DNA of 64,000 bases from an uncultured Gammaproteobacteria bacterium (GTDB taxonomy: Bacteria > Patescibacteriota > Microgenomatia > UBA1406 > HO2-37-13b), in contig CAYQYZ010000002.1 of the NCBI GenBank assembly GCA_964422025.1, forward strand, positions 67,765-131,764, given 5' to 3'. The position numbers were made by a program, and so were the translations under genes. Positions 36,679-45,654 of this stretch are shown here, one piece after another. Position 1 is the first letter of the stretch. Each line of letters opens with the position of its first letter. The notes beneath the pieces were generated by a model. The model saw nothing but the letters and a program-made list of their open reading frames with translations, searched no databases and had not been told where the DNA came from.

Positions 36679-37394
36679 ACGAATTTTTCAAAATGAATAT
36701 TGGCTTTTTCAATTCCATTTTCCGCAACAAAAGTTTTTAATGATTCCACTACGGGTTGGGCACCACAAATATAAAATGTTGCGCTATTTTTTATTTCTGC
36801 ATCTTTTGTAATATGTCCATGCACGTACATATTTATTCTCCCTTTTCGAAAAAGCGAATCAGCAAAAACATTTTCATCAGTTTCTTGCGACAAGCAAATC
36901 ATTGCACGTAAATTCGGATACGCCAAGCATAGATCCTTAATTTCTTGTACAAGATATAAATCTTTTTTTGCTCGCAGTCCCCAGTATAAATACACATCTT
37001 CTTTCCAACCGGTCTGCAAGAGAGTTTTGATCATGCTCAAAATCGGCGCAATTCCAGTTCCGGTTGCCATGAAAATTTTTTGAGGGCGTTCATCTTTTAT
37101 TGAAAAAATCCCCGCAGGTCCTTGAAAAAAAGCAGACTCCCCAATCTTCAAATCTGACAAATGCGATGATCCGATTCCATTGGGAACCATTTCTACAAGC
37201 AACTCAAACGTTCCCTTCTCCGCCGGACTGGAAAGAACTGAATACAATCGACGAACTTCTCCAACTCGTAAAATCATGTATTGCCCTGCGGCAAACTCCA
37301 GCTGTTCCTGCGGTTGTAATGTAAATACTAATCTCCATACATCATGGGACAATTGTATTTTTTCAGTTAGGGTTGGATGAAAATCGGCGATCAT
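36675..37394 (-). CDS. Ferredoxin-NADP reductase-family oxidoreductase (FAD/NAD(P)-binding)
   Basis: 239 aa. RLYSV (RxYS), GTGIAP and FYICG motifs. 4-nt overlaps with both neighbouring genes. Confidence 0.8.
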   Translation of the reverse strand: MIADFHPTLTEKIQLSHDVWRLVFTLQPQEQLEFAAGQYMILRVGEVRRLYSVLSSPAEKGTFELLVEMVPNGIGSSHLSDLKIGESAFFQGPAGIFSIKDERPQKIFMATGTGIAPILSMIKTLLQTGWKEDVYLYWGLRAKKDLYLVQEIKDLCLAYPNLRAMICLSQETDENVFADSLFRKGRINMYVHGHITKDAEIKNSATFYICGAQPVVESLKTFVAENGIEKANIHFEKFV

Positions 37395-39730
37395 AATTTT
37401 GAACGTTGAATAATCTCGGCTTCCACAAGCTCACGTGGTCGGCCATATTTAAGTCGTGAGAGTTGAATAATAGCATCGGCAACTTTAGGATTTGCAGCGG
37501 CATTTAATTCGGTCATATCTTTTGTTGTATCAACCGAGAATGGTGGAACCGGTTCATTGTCGACGATTGTTTTCATGTATGCATTAAATCGGTCAATGTT
37601 AATTAAATCGGATTCACTAAAAATTGGTTGAAATTCATGCGACATATATGAAGCATCCGTTACGCCAACGCGGAAGCACATCAAGGTTCCTACGTTTCCA
37701 AAAACTGCATTTTTAACTTCTTCGTCCATCTGTCCGATAAACTGATTTGCTACGGTTAATGACAGGCGATATTTTCGAGCCTCAGAAAGAATTGTTGCAA
37801 AATCAGGAGTAGCAAAGTTTTGGAACTCATCGACATAGAGGAAGAAATCACGGCGCTTCTCTTCGGGAATATCTTGTCGACTCATTGCGGCAACAAGAAT
37901 TTTTGGGACCAGTACTAATCCCAAAAAGTTTGAATTTTCTTCACCTAATTTTCCTTTTGATAAATTAATCAAAAGAACTTTTCCTTGATCCATAACTTCT
38001 CGGAAATTAAATGCCGATGTTGATTGCCCAATAATATTTCGCATTGTTTTGTTGGTAACAAATCGACCGAACTTTGAAACGATATAGTCAAGGACTTCAG
38101 ATTTATGAAAGTCTGAGGTTTGAGCAATTTGATCAGTCCAATAACGGCGAATAATCGGATCCTTTACTTTTGGCAACAATTCTTGCACATATTTTTGATC
38201 AGTCAATACTCGCACAACCTCAATAAACGTGGCACCTGGGTCAACCATAACCGTAAGCATAGCATTCCGAACCGCATGTTCAAATCGGGGACCAATAATA
38301 CCTGTCCGTTGTGGATCGTACAATTTATACATCAAATTAATGATTGCCGATGTAATAAAATGCTGTTCTTCTTCTGTTCGGGCATCGAGCAAATTAAGCC
38401 CCATTGGTCGTTCGGTATCAGACGGATCAAAGTAAATAATATCTTCAGCTCGTGAAGGCGGAACGTGTTTGATAATGTCTTCGATCAAGTCTCCATGTGG
38501 ATCGATAACACATACGCCGTGACCTGCAACAATATCTTGTCGAGCCATTTCCAAAAGAAGCTGCGATTTTCCGGTACCCGTTTTTCCAATGATGTAAGTA
38601 TGACGGCGGCGATCGACCAATTGAATATGAATCGGTCGGCGAACACCACGGTATTGTCCCATTCCAATGCTTGTGCCGCCACTTTGAGGAACTTCTGCAG
38701 CAACAGGAGCCGTCTTGGCTTTGAGCCATTTAATGTGCGGCGTTTCAATGGTTTTATTGGGAAAATGGAAAATACTTGCGAGCTCGTCGGTTGAGAGGAT
38801 AGAGGTTGTTTTATAAATGGGCAATTTAAAAACTGGAAAAAATTTGTAAATAAAATTTAACATGAAATTACTTTTAAACAACATACTCGCCGAACCAAAA
38901 TTATTTAAGTCAGATGTAAATTGCGAGAATGACGATTTAATATTCTTTAAATGTAAATCCGCCATTTCTTTTGTTTTTGCAGATACAACAATTCGAATCG
39001 CCGTTTCAAATCCTGAGCGCGAAACTTTTTCATCAATTTTTTCAAGCGTTTTCGCATCTACGCTAAAACTGGCTTCATCAGGAGTAGCTTCCTTTTTTTT
39101 CGTTTCTGAAATATATTCTTTCCCTTTGTGTTTCCAATGACTATTAATGGGACGAATGAGGACTTGTACAATTGCGCCTTCTTCTTCCCCCATCTTAGAC
39201 AATGCGGATGTTATACCCGACAATGGATCGGTAGGAAGCTCTTTATATGTTTTTATTGGCTTAAATTCATCTTTTTTTTGACGAAGTTCAGTCCAGGCGA
39301 CTGCACCGTCTTCGGTAAATACGTGTGGTTCATCGACTAATTTAATATCTGCTGCGGAGTAGTACCCATAAATCTGCTTTTCAACTAGGTCGCGAAGCTT
39401 TGCGGGCGCAGTAACATAAAAGCGAATTTCAGCTTCCTTGGCAACAATTTCAAAAGCAATGGTGTCGGAAATATCGAAAAATGACCAAAATCCATGACTT
39501 GCAAGACCTGAAAATCCTGAAAACATCTGTTCAGCAGCGTCTATTTTAATCTCATTATCCTTAGGAACCCGAACTTCCATAGTAACCATATCAAGGGAAG
39601 CCTTTTCGCGTTTTTTGAGCCGGACGTACATGACGTATAAGTAAAAACATCCAACAGTCAATAAAGCAGCGAATAGAAAGGTGAATATTACGAGAATAGA
39701 AAGTACGATTCTACCAGTTATGTCATCCAT
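37391..39730 (-). CDS. TraD/VirD4-like (T4SS coupling-protein-like) membrane-anchored AAA ATPase
   Basis: 779 aa. N-terminal TM segment, Walker A GKTGTGKS and Walker B-like FLYVDEFQNF. Architecture resembles conjugative coupling / DUF87-type ATPases. Confidence 0.65.
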   Translation of the reverse strand: MDDITGRIVLSILVIFTFLFAALLTVGCFYLYVMYVRLKKREKASLDMVTMEVRVPKDNEIKIDAAEQMFSGFSGLASHGFWSFFDISDTIAFEIVAKEAEIRFYVTAPAKLRDLVEKQIYGYYSAADIKLVDEPHVFTEDGAVAWTELRQKKDEFKPIKTYKELPTDPLSGITSALSKMGEEEGAIVQVLIRPINSHWKHKGKEYISETKKKEATPDEASFSVDAKTLEKIDEKVSRSGFETAIRIVVSAKTKEMADLHLKNIKSSFSQFTSDLNNFGSASMLFKSNFMLNFIYKFFPVFKLPIYKTTSILSTDELASIFHFPNKTIETPHIKWLKAKTAPVAAEVPQSGGTSIGMGQYRGVRRPIHIQLVDRRRHTYIIGKTGTGKSQLLLEMARQDIVAGHGVCVIDPHGDLIEDIIKHVPPSRAEDIIYFDPSDTERPMGLNLLDARTEEEQHFITSAIINLMYKLYDPQRTGIIGPRFEHAVRNAMLTVMVDPGATFIEVVRVLTDQKYVQELLPKVKDPIIRRYWTDQIAQTSDFHKSEVLDYIVSKFGRFVTNKTMRNIIGQSTSAFNFREVMDQGKVLLINLSKGKLGEENSNFLGLVLVPKILVAAMSRQDIPEEKRRDFFLYVDEFQNFATPDFATILSEARKYRLSLTVANQFIGQMDEEVKNAVFGNVGTLMCFRVGVTDASYMSHEFQPIFSESDLINIDRFNAYMKTIVDNEPVPPFSVDTTKDMTELNAAANPKVADAIIQLSRLKYGRPRELVEAEIIQRSKL

Positions 39731-39775
39731 GGTTATATTATAGTCGAAATTGAGTACCGAATGATGAGTTGAGCT

Positions 39776-42211
39776 TTATAACCTCTGGCACCATTCATCT
39801 GGAGCGTAAAATTGAAAAGTAAGCTTTTCGATATATCCATCTGCTTGCACTGCCTGTATAAATCGCGGCCTTTGTTCGAGAGTGTCATTTATATACCAGT
39901 CAATCACTGGATATTTTTTATTTGATCCAAAGTTTGAGAAAGTAATATATTCATTAGTCGGTGTGAAAGATTCACGGTCTCGCATAACTTTATAATTTGG
40001 CTGTAGAAATAAACCATCACCCGTTTTCATCGCAATGTATATTTTTGAAAACGGTGCAACTGTATTTATATCGAATTCATGACTCAAAACTTTATTTATT
40101 GGAAGTGTTTGCCATTTTTGCTTTCCTGGAGGCCAAATCATATATACCATTTGGGTCTCAAGTAATTCAGACATTCGATTATTCTTACATACTATTTCAG
40201 CTGTAATGTTCCATTTTAAGGGATTACATGCGATAGGGTCATCAATTTTATATTTGAATTCGTATTCTCCTGATGGCAAATCTCGAGCATTCCAAATAAC
40301 CGACTCATCAAATCTGTCAAAAATCATGCTTTTATGCGGAAGTGCTGTGGTATTGCTTCGAGTTAGTTTTCCATCATAGCCCGTCCACATTGAAATCATA
40401 ATCGGCGTATCTATATCGGGCGATGTTATGTTGAACGTTTTTTCTTCAAGAACTTTTTTTGAAAGAACTCGACCATCCGAACTTTTTTGGCCATTATTAA
40501 GGATTTTTTCGGTCCTTAATGATAAATAGGTTCGCTGTTCCCACAGTACATTGCCATTTGTACATGAAGGAACGAAAGAAAGTTTCCAGTTTTTAAAACT
40601 GGGATATTGAGTGGGTAATGGTTTCGGATTGTTGAGTGTTCGATCGACATTAATAACTCCAAAGTGTGTTGATATACCTTCTGGAGCAGGGACAACATAA
40701 TCAACATTCCCAAAAATAGCTTGTTTTACCTGCGAGGAAGTATAATTTGGCCACTTTGTCATTACTAAGCTCGCTAGTGCTGAAACATGCGGAGTAGCCA
40801 TAGACGTACCTGACATAATATAATAATCTTTATTTTTCCCTACTACATATTCTGTTTCCTTTTTACGACCGCCTAAACAGCCGGCATCACGTATACAGGC
40901 AATGTCTGTGCCTTTTGCCCGCGGTGCAATAATTTGATCGCCAGGAGCGGCTATATCGGTTTTTTCGTTATTATAGTTCACCTTGCGGTTCGAGGAGTCT
41001 ATCGATGAAACAGCCATGACTTCTTCATAGTTAGCTGGGTATGTCATATTAAAATCTGTTGCAAGATTTTCATTAGCAGTAATAATAACAACTCCCAAAT
41101 CACTGGCAAATTTAATCGCATCATACAAAATCTTCGAATGTTCTTTAGTTCCCAGGCTCATATTTATAACCTTGGCTTTATTTGATGCAGCATAATTAAT
41201 CATCTCGGCGATATCTGATGCATAGCCTATGCCGCGGGCATTTAAAACACGCAGTGGCATAATAGTGGCGCCCGGGTTAATCCCAACCATTCCATAATTA
41301 TTACTGGTTGCAGAGGCTATTCCCGCAACATGTGTGCCATGCCCACCCGCAACAGCCTCACTCGAGTAATAATATGTAAAAAAGTCTTCACGAGGGTCGT
41401 CCATAGGATCATTGTCTGGTTTTTTAATAAATCGCGTGTTTGGATCAGTCGCATCTTCAGGAACAAAGTCATAGGCAACAGCATCCCACCCTCTAACATC
41501 GTCAATATATCCGTTTCTATCATCGTCTACTCCATTTCCCGCAATTTCATTAGAATTTTTCCACATGTGATCTATAAGCTCTGGATGGGTATAATCAACA
41601 CCCGTATCTATTACGGCAATAATTACCGATTGGTTAGCTTTTGGTAAATCATGAGGGAATGAAACTTTTTTCAGATTCCATTGAATATCAAACCTTGGGT
41701 CCCATTTACCACTTCCATTTGCCAACCCTCTTATTTCAGCCGGAGGATTTGGATCCAAAAAAAACTCGTCATTGATGTGATTTTCTGCTGTAACTATATA
41801 ATCAGGCTCAACATATTCAACATTACTGTCTTTCTTTAACACAGCGGTTGTTTTATTAATGTCTTTTGAATTGGGCACAGTAAGTCTAAAATACGTTCCC
41901 ATATCTTTTGATGGAAAACGCAGGAGCGGTGTTTCTGTGGATTGCAATTTGTCAGAATTGTTCAATCCTGCTTTAGTAAGAATCTTTATGGGTGTTGTGG
42001 TGTTCTTTTTAAGCTTAACAACCAATCGATTATTAAGGTGTTTTATTAAAGCATTTCTTTGTGCCATTGCTCTGTCTGGTTCTTTTAGACGCTCAATCGT
42101 GCGTTCTTGAGCATTCTTTCTAATGAGATTTGGTAATTGTACAGCGGTAAGTAAAACGATGAATACAACAAAAAAGCTACTTAAAAACATTATTGCTCTA
42201 GCTTTATTCAT
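39776..42211 (-). CDS. Subtilisin-like serine protease (S8) with N-terminal anchor/propeptide and a large C-terminal extension
   Basis: 811 aa. Catalytic triad in AVIDTGVDYTHPEL (Asp), GHGTHVAGIA (His) and SGTSMATPHVS (Ser). Confidence 0.9.
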   Translation of the reverse strand: MNKARAIMFLSSFFVVFIVLLTAVQLPNLIRKNAQERTIERLKEPDRAMAQRNALIKHLNNRLVVKLKKNTTTPIKILTKAGLNNSDKLQSTETPLLRFPSKDMGTYFRLTVPNSKDINKTTAVLKKDSNVEYVEPDYIVTAENHINDEFFLDPNPPAEIRGLANGSGKWDPRFDIQWNLKKVSFPHDLPKANQSVIIAVIDTGVDYTHPELIDHMWKNSNEIAGNGVDDDRNGYIDDVRGWDAVAYDFVPEDATDPNTRFIKKPDNDPMDDPREDFFTYYYSSEAVAGGHGTHVAGIASATSNNYGMVGINPGATIMPLRVLNARGIGYASDIAEMINYAASNKAKVINMSLGTKEHSKILYDAIKFASDLGVVIITANENLATDFNMTYPANYEEVMAVSSIDSSNRKVNYNNEKTDIAAPGDQIIAPRAKGTDIACIRDAGCLGGRKKETEYVVGKNKDYYIMSGTSMATPHVSALASLVMTKWPNYTSSQVKQAIFGNVDYVVPAPEGISTHFGVINVDRTLNNPKPLPTQYPSFKNWKLSFVPSCTNGNVLWEQRTYLSLRTEKILNNGQKSSDGRVLSKKVLEEKTFNITSPDIDTPIMISMWTGYDGKLTRSNTTALPHKSMIFDRFDESVIWNARDLPSGEYEFKYKIDDPIACNPLKWNITAEIVCKNNRMSELLETQMVYMIWPPGKQKWQTLPINKVLSHEFDINTVAPFSKIYIAMKTGDGLFLQPNYKVMRDRESFTPTNEYITFSNFGSNKKYPVIDWYINDTLEQRPRFIQAVQADGYIEKLTFQFYAPDEWCQRL

Positions 42212-42295
42212 ACTTGAAATAATATAATATTCTCAATATTGATTCAAGGAACGGACTCTCTTTGTTATACTAAGTCAAGACAATTACCGTTTCTT

Positions 42296-42709
42296 ATGTT
42301 TCAACCTATTGCAATTTCCCTTCTAATAACAGTGCTATCAACCATAGTCATTTCTAATGTAATAATTTCCCAGGCAGTTTCCCCATTTTTTCCTGCTATA
42401 ACGCGGTATAAAGACATTGACCAAACGGTTCTTTTTTTGAAAAACATTCGTGCATCAGAAGAATTTCCTGCACAACTAGCATATTTTGAAAGCTTGTACG
42501 GTCCTGATTTTCACGACCGGGTATTTAGTGAAGAAAAACAGCGCGTAGCAACAATCCAAAACTTACAAGCTGTTCTGGTAAAGAATCCAAAAAGTACTGA
42601 TATTTTGGTGAATTTAAGCCAGTTGCACAGAGCGAATGCGGAAGAAGAGATTGCGGATAAATATCTAAACGAAGCAAAAGCAATTGATCCGTGGATTAGT
42701 TCCCGTTAA
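42296..42709 (+). CDS. Hypothetical membrane-anchored TPR-like protein
   Basis: Start set at ATG 42296 (MFQPIAISLL..); the track ORF begins at a TTG at 42239. One TM segment followed by a helical region. Confidence 0.5.
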   Translation: MFQPIAISLLITVLSTIVISNVIISQAVSPFFPAITRYKDIDQTVLFLKNIRASEEFPAQLAYFESLYGPDFHDRVFSEEKQRVATIQNLQAVLVKNPKSTDILVNLSQLHRANAEEEIADKYLNEAKAIDPWISSR

Positions 42710-43100
42710 CCAACGCATCGGCTACCGTATTCTCTTCACGAGGCACTGAAGTATACGTAACTGGAATTCCCAGTAAAAGCTCCTTTTCCTTAACCTGATT
42801 AACCAGTGTTTTCATGACTGGATTTTTAACTTTATATATTCCTGAAAGTTGGCGCACGATAAGTTGAGAATCAGAATAAAAGTTTAGTTGTGTGACAATC
42901 AACGATCGCTCTTTTATGAGAGTAGAGATGAGGTCGTATGCTCTACTTACTGCCGTATATTCCGCGACATTGTTTGTTGCTATCCCAATATCTTCTCGAT
43001 AGCGCTGCAACTCTCCTTGGGGAGATGTTATAAGGATGCCAATTGAAGACGGTCCGGGATTTCCTTTTGAACCACCGTCGGTGTGAATTGAGAGAATCAT
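42696..43100 (-). CDS. rnhA: Ribonuclease HI
   Basis: 134 aa. TDGGSKGNPGPSSIG, NNVAEYTA, DSQLIV and ENTVADAL give the DEDD pattern. Confidence 0.85.
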   Translation of the reverse strand: MILSIHTDGGSKGNPGPSSIGILITSPQGELQRYREDIGIATNNVAEYTAVSRAYDLISTLIKERSLIVTQLNFYSDSQLIVRQLSGIYKVKNPVMKTLVNQVKEKELLLGIPVTYTSVPREENTVADALVNGN

Positions 43101-43129
43101 GTTATTACGATAGTAGAATGGGGCAGCTA

Positions 43130-43627
43130 CTAGCTGATTTTTATTTTAAATCTATTATTTACTTGTGAAACGAAATCTTCAGCGCTCTGCTTTGAAAATC
43201 CCCACACGCTTGTTACCTTATTTTCTTCAACCAAATCAATTTGGCATATTCCCAAAACTTTATGTATAAAATTCTGGTTTATTAACAAGCTACTTAGTTG
43301 GGAAAACATAAAAGTATGAGTAGAATCATTCATAATATTTCCCGATGTCAATAGAATTGCGTTCTCTTTGACTGCAAGTGAAGTTTTACGCGCATAAAAA
43401 ATTCCATCAACTGCGATAAAAAGTGCGAAAATACCTGGAAGTATTCCAGCAATTACAAAAGTCATCTGAACCATCCTGTCAGAAGCTGTAGGATCCAGGT
43501 TAAATACAAGCAGAAGCCATAGGACTAAAAATAACATGAAGAACTTAATTGGGCGGGTAATCAGCATGAAAATAACCACAGCAGCCTTATTCTCAATATA
43601 AATTTTCATATTCGAATGCAAAGACAA
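43130..43627 (-). CDS. Membrane protein with a bacterial PH (YdbS/YdbT-like) domain
   Basis: 165 aa. Two TM helices followed by a small beta-rich domain. Assignment based on architecture only. Confidence 0.45.
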   Translation of the reverse strand: MSLHSNMKIYIENKAAVVIFMLITRPIKFFMLFLVLWLLLVFNLDPTASDRMVQMTFVIAGILPGIFALFIAVDGIFYARKTSLAVKENAILLTSGNIMNDSTHTFMFSQLSSLLINQNFIHKVLGICQIDLVEENKVTSVWGFSKQSAEDFVSQVNNRFKIKIS

Positions 43628-43668
43628 AAAATTAGTAATGTCTAGATTATAAGTAATTCTGGAGCTAT

Positions 43669-44547
43669 TTACAATTCTCCAAGCTTTTCTTTGCGTTCAG
43701 TTTCTTCTTTAATGAGGTTTAGGTATTTTTCAGTTGAAGAAAGGCGTTTGTGACCAACTATTTTTGAAATGTAGGCAATTGATCCACCCCCAACAAGTTG
43801 ATAGGCGATAAATGTATTTCGTAAATCCTGTACTTTTGCATTTTCGATTCCGACTTCGCGGAAACAGCGAGTAATAAGCGTGCGAATATTTCGAACCAAT
43901 AATGGGCGTCCGGTTTTGGTTACAAACAAATAATCACTGTCTGTTTTATGTCGGATAGTCATGTATTCTTCAATTGCTTTTTTAACCGCTTTATTAAGGG
44001 GAATTGATCGACCATTGACTTTAAGTGCATCAGTTCCAATATCGGTAGTCTTAATTTCTGCAAGTTCTCCAATACGAACGCCTGTTTGGAGCAAAAGCTC
44101 TACAATAGCATAGGTTCGAAGGTCTTCTTTAGAAAAATCACGGAGGGCCCGATACTCTAATTTAGAGAGAATGCGAGGAGGAGCTTGGGTGTATTTAGGA
44201 TGCGACACTTCAAGCGCAGGGTTTTGACTAATAACTCCTTCAAGTTTCAAGAATCGGAAAAAGGTTCGAATAGAGTTTAGTTTGCGTGATGCTGATTTTT
44301 TAGTGTATCCTTCGCCTAAAAGCTTTTGAATGAAGCCATCAATTTCGTCGCGTTTAACTTCCTTGATGTCGTTTTTTTCACGAGAAGAGATGAAGGCAAT
44401 AAATTGCTCAAGGTCTTTCTTGTATGCTACAATGGTGTAATTCGATTTTCCCTGGTTCTTGAGGTTTTCGACAAAAGAACTTATGAGTCCTCGAAGGTCT
44501 CCTGAATCCATATAACCTATAATATCATTATTATGGCCAAATTGCAA
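43669..44547 (-). CDS. Tyrosine recombinase, XerC/XerD-like
   Basis: 292 aa. N-terminal SAM-like domain, GVRIGEL (catalytic Arg), LRNTF and GHKRLSSTEKY (His..Tyr). Confidence 0.8.
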   Translation of the reverse strand: MQFGHNNDIIGYMDSGDLRGLISSFVENLKNQGKSNYTIVAYKKDLEQFIAFISSREKNDIKEVKRDEIDGFIQKLLGEGYTKKSASRKLNSIRTFFRFLKLEGVISQNPALEVSHPKYTQAPPRILSKLEYRALRDFSKEDLRTYAIVELLLQTGVRIGELAEIKTTDIGTDALKVNGRSIPLNKAVKKAIEEYMTIRHKTDSDYLFVTKTGRPLLVRNIRTLITRCFREVGIENAKVQDLRNTFIAYQLVGGGSIAYISKIVGHKRLSSTEKYLNLIKEETERKEKLGEL

Positions 44548-44579
44548 CCGTAATTAACACTATTGTACTCATACTTACT

Positions 44580-44903
44580 ATGAAAAAACTACTCATTATT
44601 GTTCTGCTCGCGCTGCCAATTATGGCGTTGTCAAAGAGTATTTGGGATTCCATTCAAAAAAACTCATTCTATGACACGAGTTTACAACAATATAACGAAC
44701 AGGTAAAAATTAATAAAAAATTAAAAAGCGACTTAGCCAAAAGTAAAGACTATTATGAGGTTGAGAAAATAATTAGGAATAAATTGGGCAAAACAAAGCC
44801 AAATGAAACCGAATTAATTATTCCGCGGCCCACACTTCCCACAACCCCAGCACCGACAGTAGTACTCCCTGCGTACGAACAGTGGAGACGAGTGTTTTTT
44901 TAA
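44580..44903 (+). CDS. FtsB/DivIC-like septum formation initiator
   Basis: 107 aa. N-terminal TM segment, a coiled coil, and EKIIRNKLGKTKPNE typical of the family. Confidence 0.55.
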   Translation: MKKLLIIVLLALPIMALSKSIWDSIQKNSFYDTSLQQYNEQVKINKKLKSDLAKSKDYYEVEKIIRNKLGKTKPNETELIIPRPTLPTTPAPTVVLPAYEQWRRVFF

Positions 44904-45271
44904 GCCTTCTTTTTATACTGCTTATCTATTCCTCCAAGCTTGAGGTTAGTGTGGTGATTCTTTGTTTGTTTAATAGGAAAACGCTTCTGATTGCTCTTAA
45001 TAACCTTCGTAATTGCTTGGTCGAGATCGATATCGTATTTGTTGGCGAGAACTGCTAAAAACCAGTAAATATCGCCAATATTGTCTTCAAATTCATCCTT
45101 ATTGTCTAAAATCACTTTGTTAATTACTTTCGGATCTTGCTCCCATTTAATAATATTGCGCAATTCGCCAATTTCTTCGACAATGCCTAAAAGAAGGTCT
45201 TTAGGAGATTGAAATTGGTCCCAGTTGCGAGCATCGACAAATGTCTTAATTTGTTTTTGAAAGGAATTCAT
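44900..45271 (-). CDS. MazG-like nucleotide pyrophosphohydrolase
   Basis: EEIGELRNIIKWE and DIYWFLAVLANKYDIDL motifs. Start set at ATG 45271 so it does not run into the tRNA terminator. Confidence 0.7.
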   Translation of the reverse strand: MNSFQKQIKTFVDARNWDQFQSPKDLLLGIVEEIGELRNIIKWEQDPKVINKVILDNKDEFEDNIGDIYWFLAVLANKYDIDLDQAITKVIKSNQKRFPIKQTKNHHTNLKLGGIDKQYKKKA

Positions 45272-45284
45272 AGGGGAATAATAC

Positions 45285-45310
45285 CAAAAAAAACCGCCCA
45301 TGTGGGCGGC
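45285..45310 (-). terminator. Rho-independent terminator after the tRNA
   Basis: The minus strand reads GCCGCCCACATGGGCGG followed by TTTTTTTT. Confidence 0.6.
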
Positions 45311-45321
45311 TTTTACTTATG

Positions 45322-45576
45322 TTGCGGAGCCGGGAATCGGACCCGGTCTAGGAGATTATGCACTTATTCTTCAATTACTTGAAGGGTTGGACTATGTCTT
45401 CATCCCGACGTATCGGGAGCCGGCGTGTAGTCTCTACGGGGTCATTCCGACGCGTGTCGGAAGACTTCCCACGGCATTGCCCCATAAGGGTTTCACCGTT
45501 ATAGCCAGTTATCTAGGTAAATTACTCTACCAAGAGCCCATTTTGAGCCTCCTGTGCGGCCTTACACTACCCCGCT
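45322..45576 (-). tRNA. tRNA with anticodon CAU (Met or Ile2) interrupted by a group I intron
   Basis: 5' exon 45576-45546: AGCGGGG UA GUGU AAGGCC GCAC A GGAGG CU. 3' exon 45360-45322: CAUAA UCUCC UAGA CCGGG UCCGAUU CCCGG CUCCGCA A. The joined exons give a cloverleaf with loop CUCAUAA. No CCA is encoded. Confidence 0.7.
45361..45545 (-). ncRNA. Group I intron (~185 nt, no ORF) in the tRNA anticodon loop after U33
   Basis: The 5' exon ends in U and the intron ends in G. GUAGAGACUACACG and GAAGACAUAGUCC match the conserved P7/P3 core (R and S) elements of tRNA group I introns. Compare the Azoarcus GUAGAGACUAGACGG. Confidence 0.65.
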
Positions 45577-45585
45577 ATAAATATA

Positions 45586-45613
45586 AGTATAGCACAAAAG
45601 ACGCGTGTGTCAA
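45586..45613 (-). promoter_or_regulatory. Promoter for the tRNA: TTGACA-16-TGcTATACT
   Basis: The minus strand reads TTGACAcacgcgtcttttgtgcTATACT, 9 nt before tRNA position 1. Confidence 0.5.
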
Positions 45614-45654
45614 TTATTGTCAAACTGGACCCCATATGTTAATATGTCTCCTAC

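Noticed and set aside
43669-45576. Integrase next to a tRNA as the edge of a genomic island or prophage
   Set aside because: The recombinase looks Xer-like, with an N-terminal SAM-like domain. Its neighbours are housekeeping genes (rnhA, ftsB-like, mazG-like). I saw no direct repeat of the tRNA 3' end that would mark an att site.
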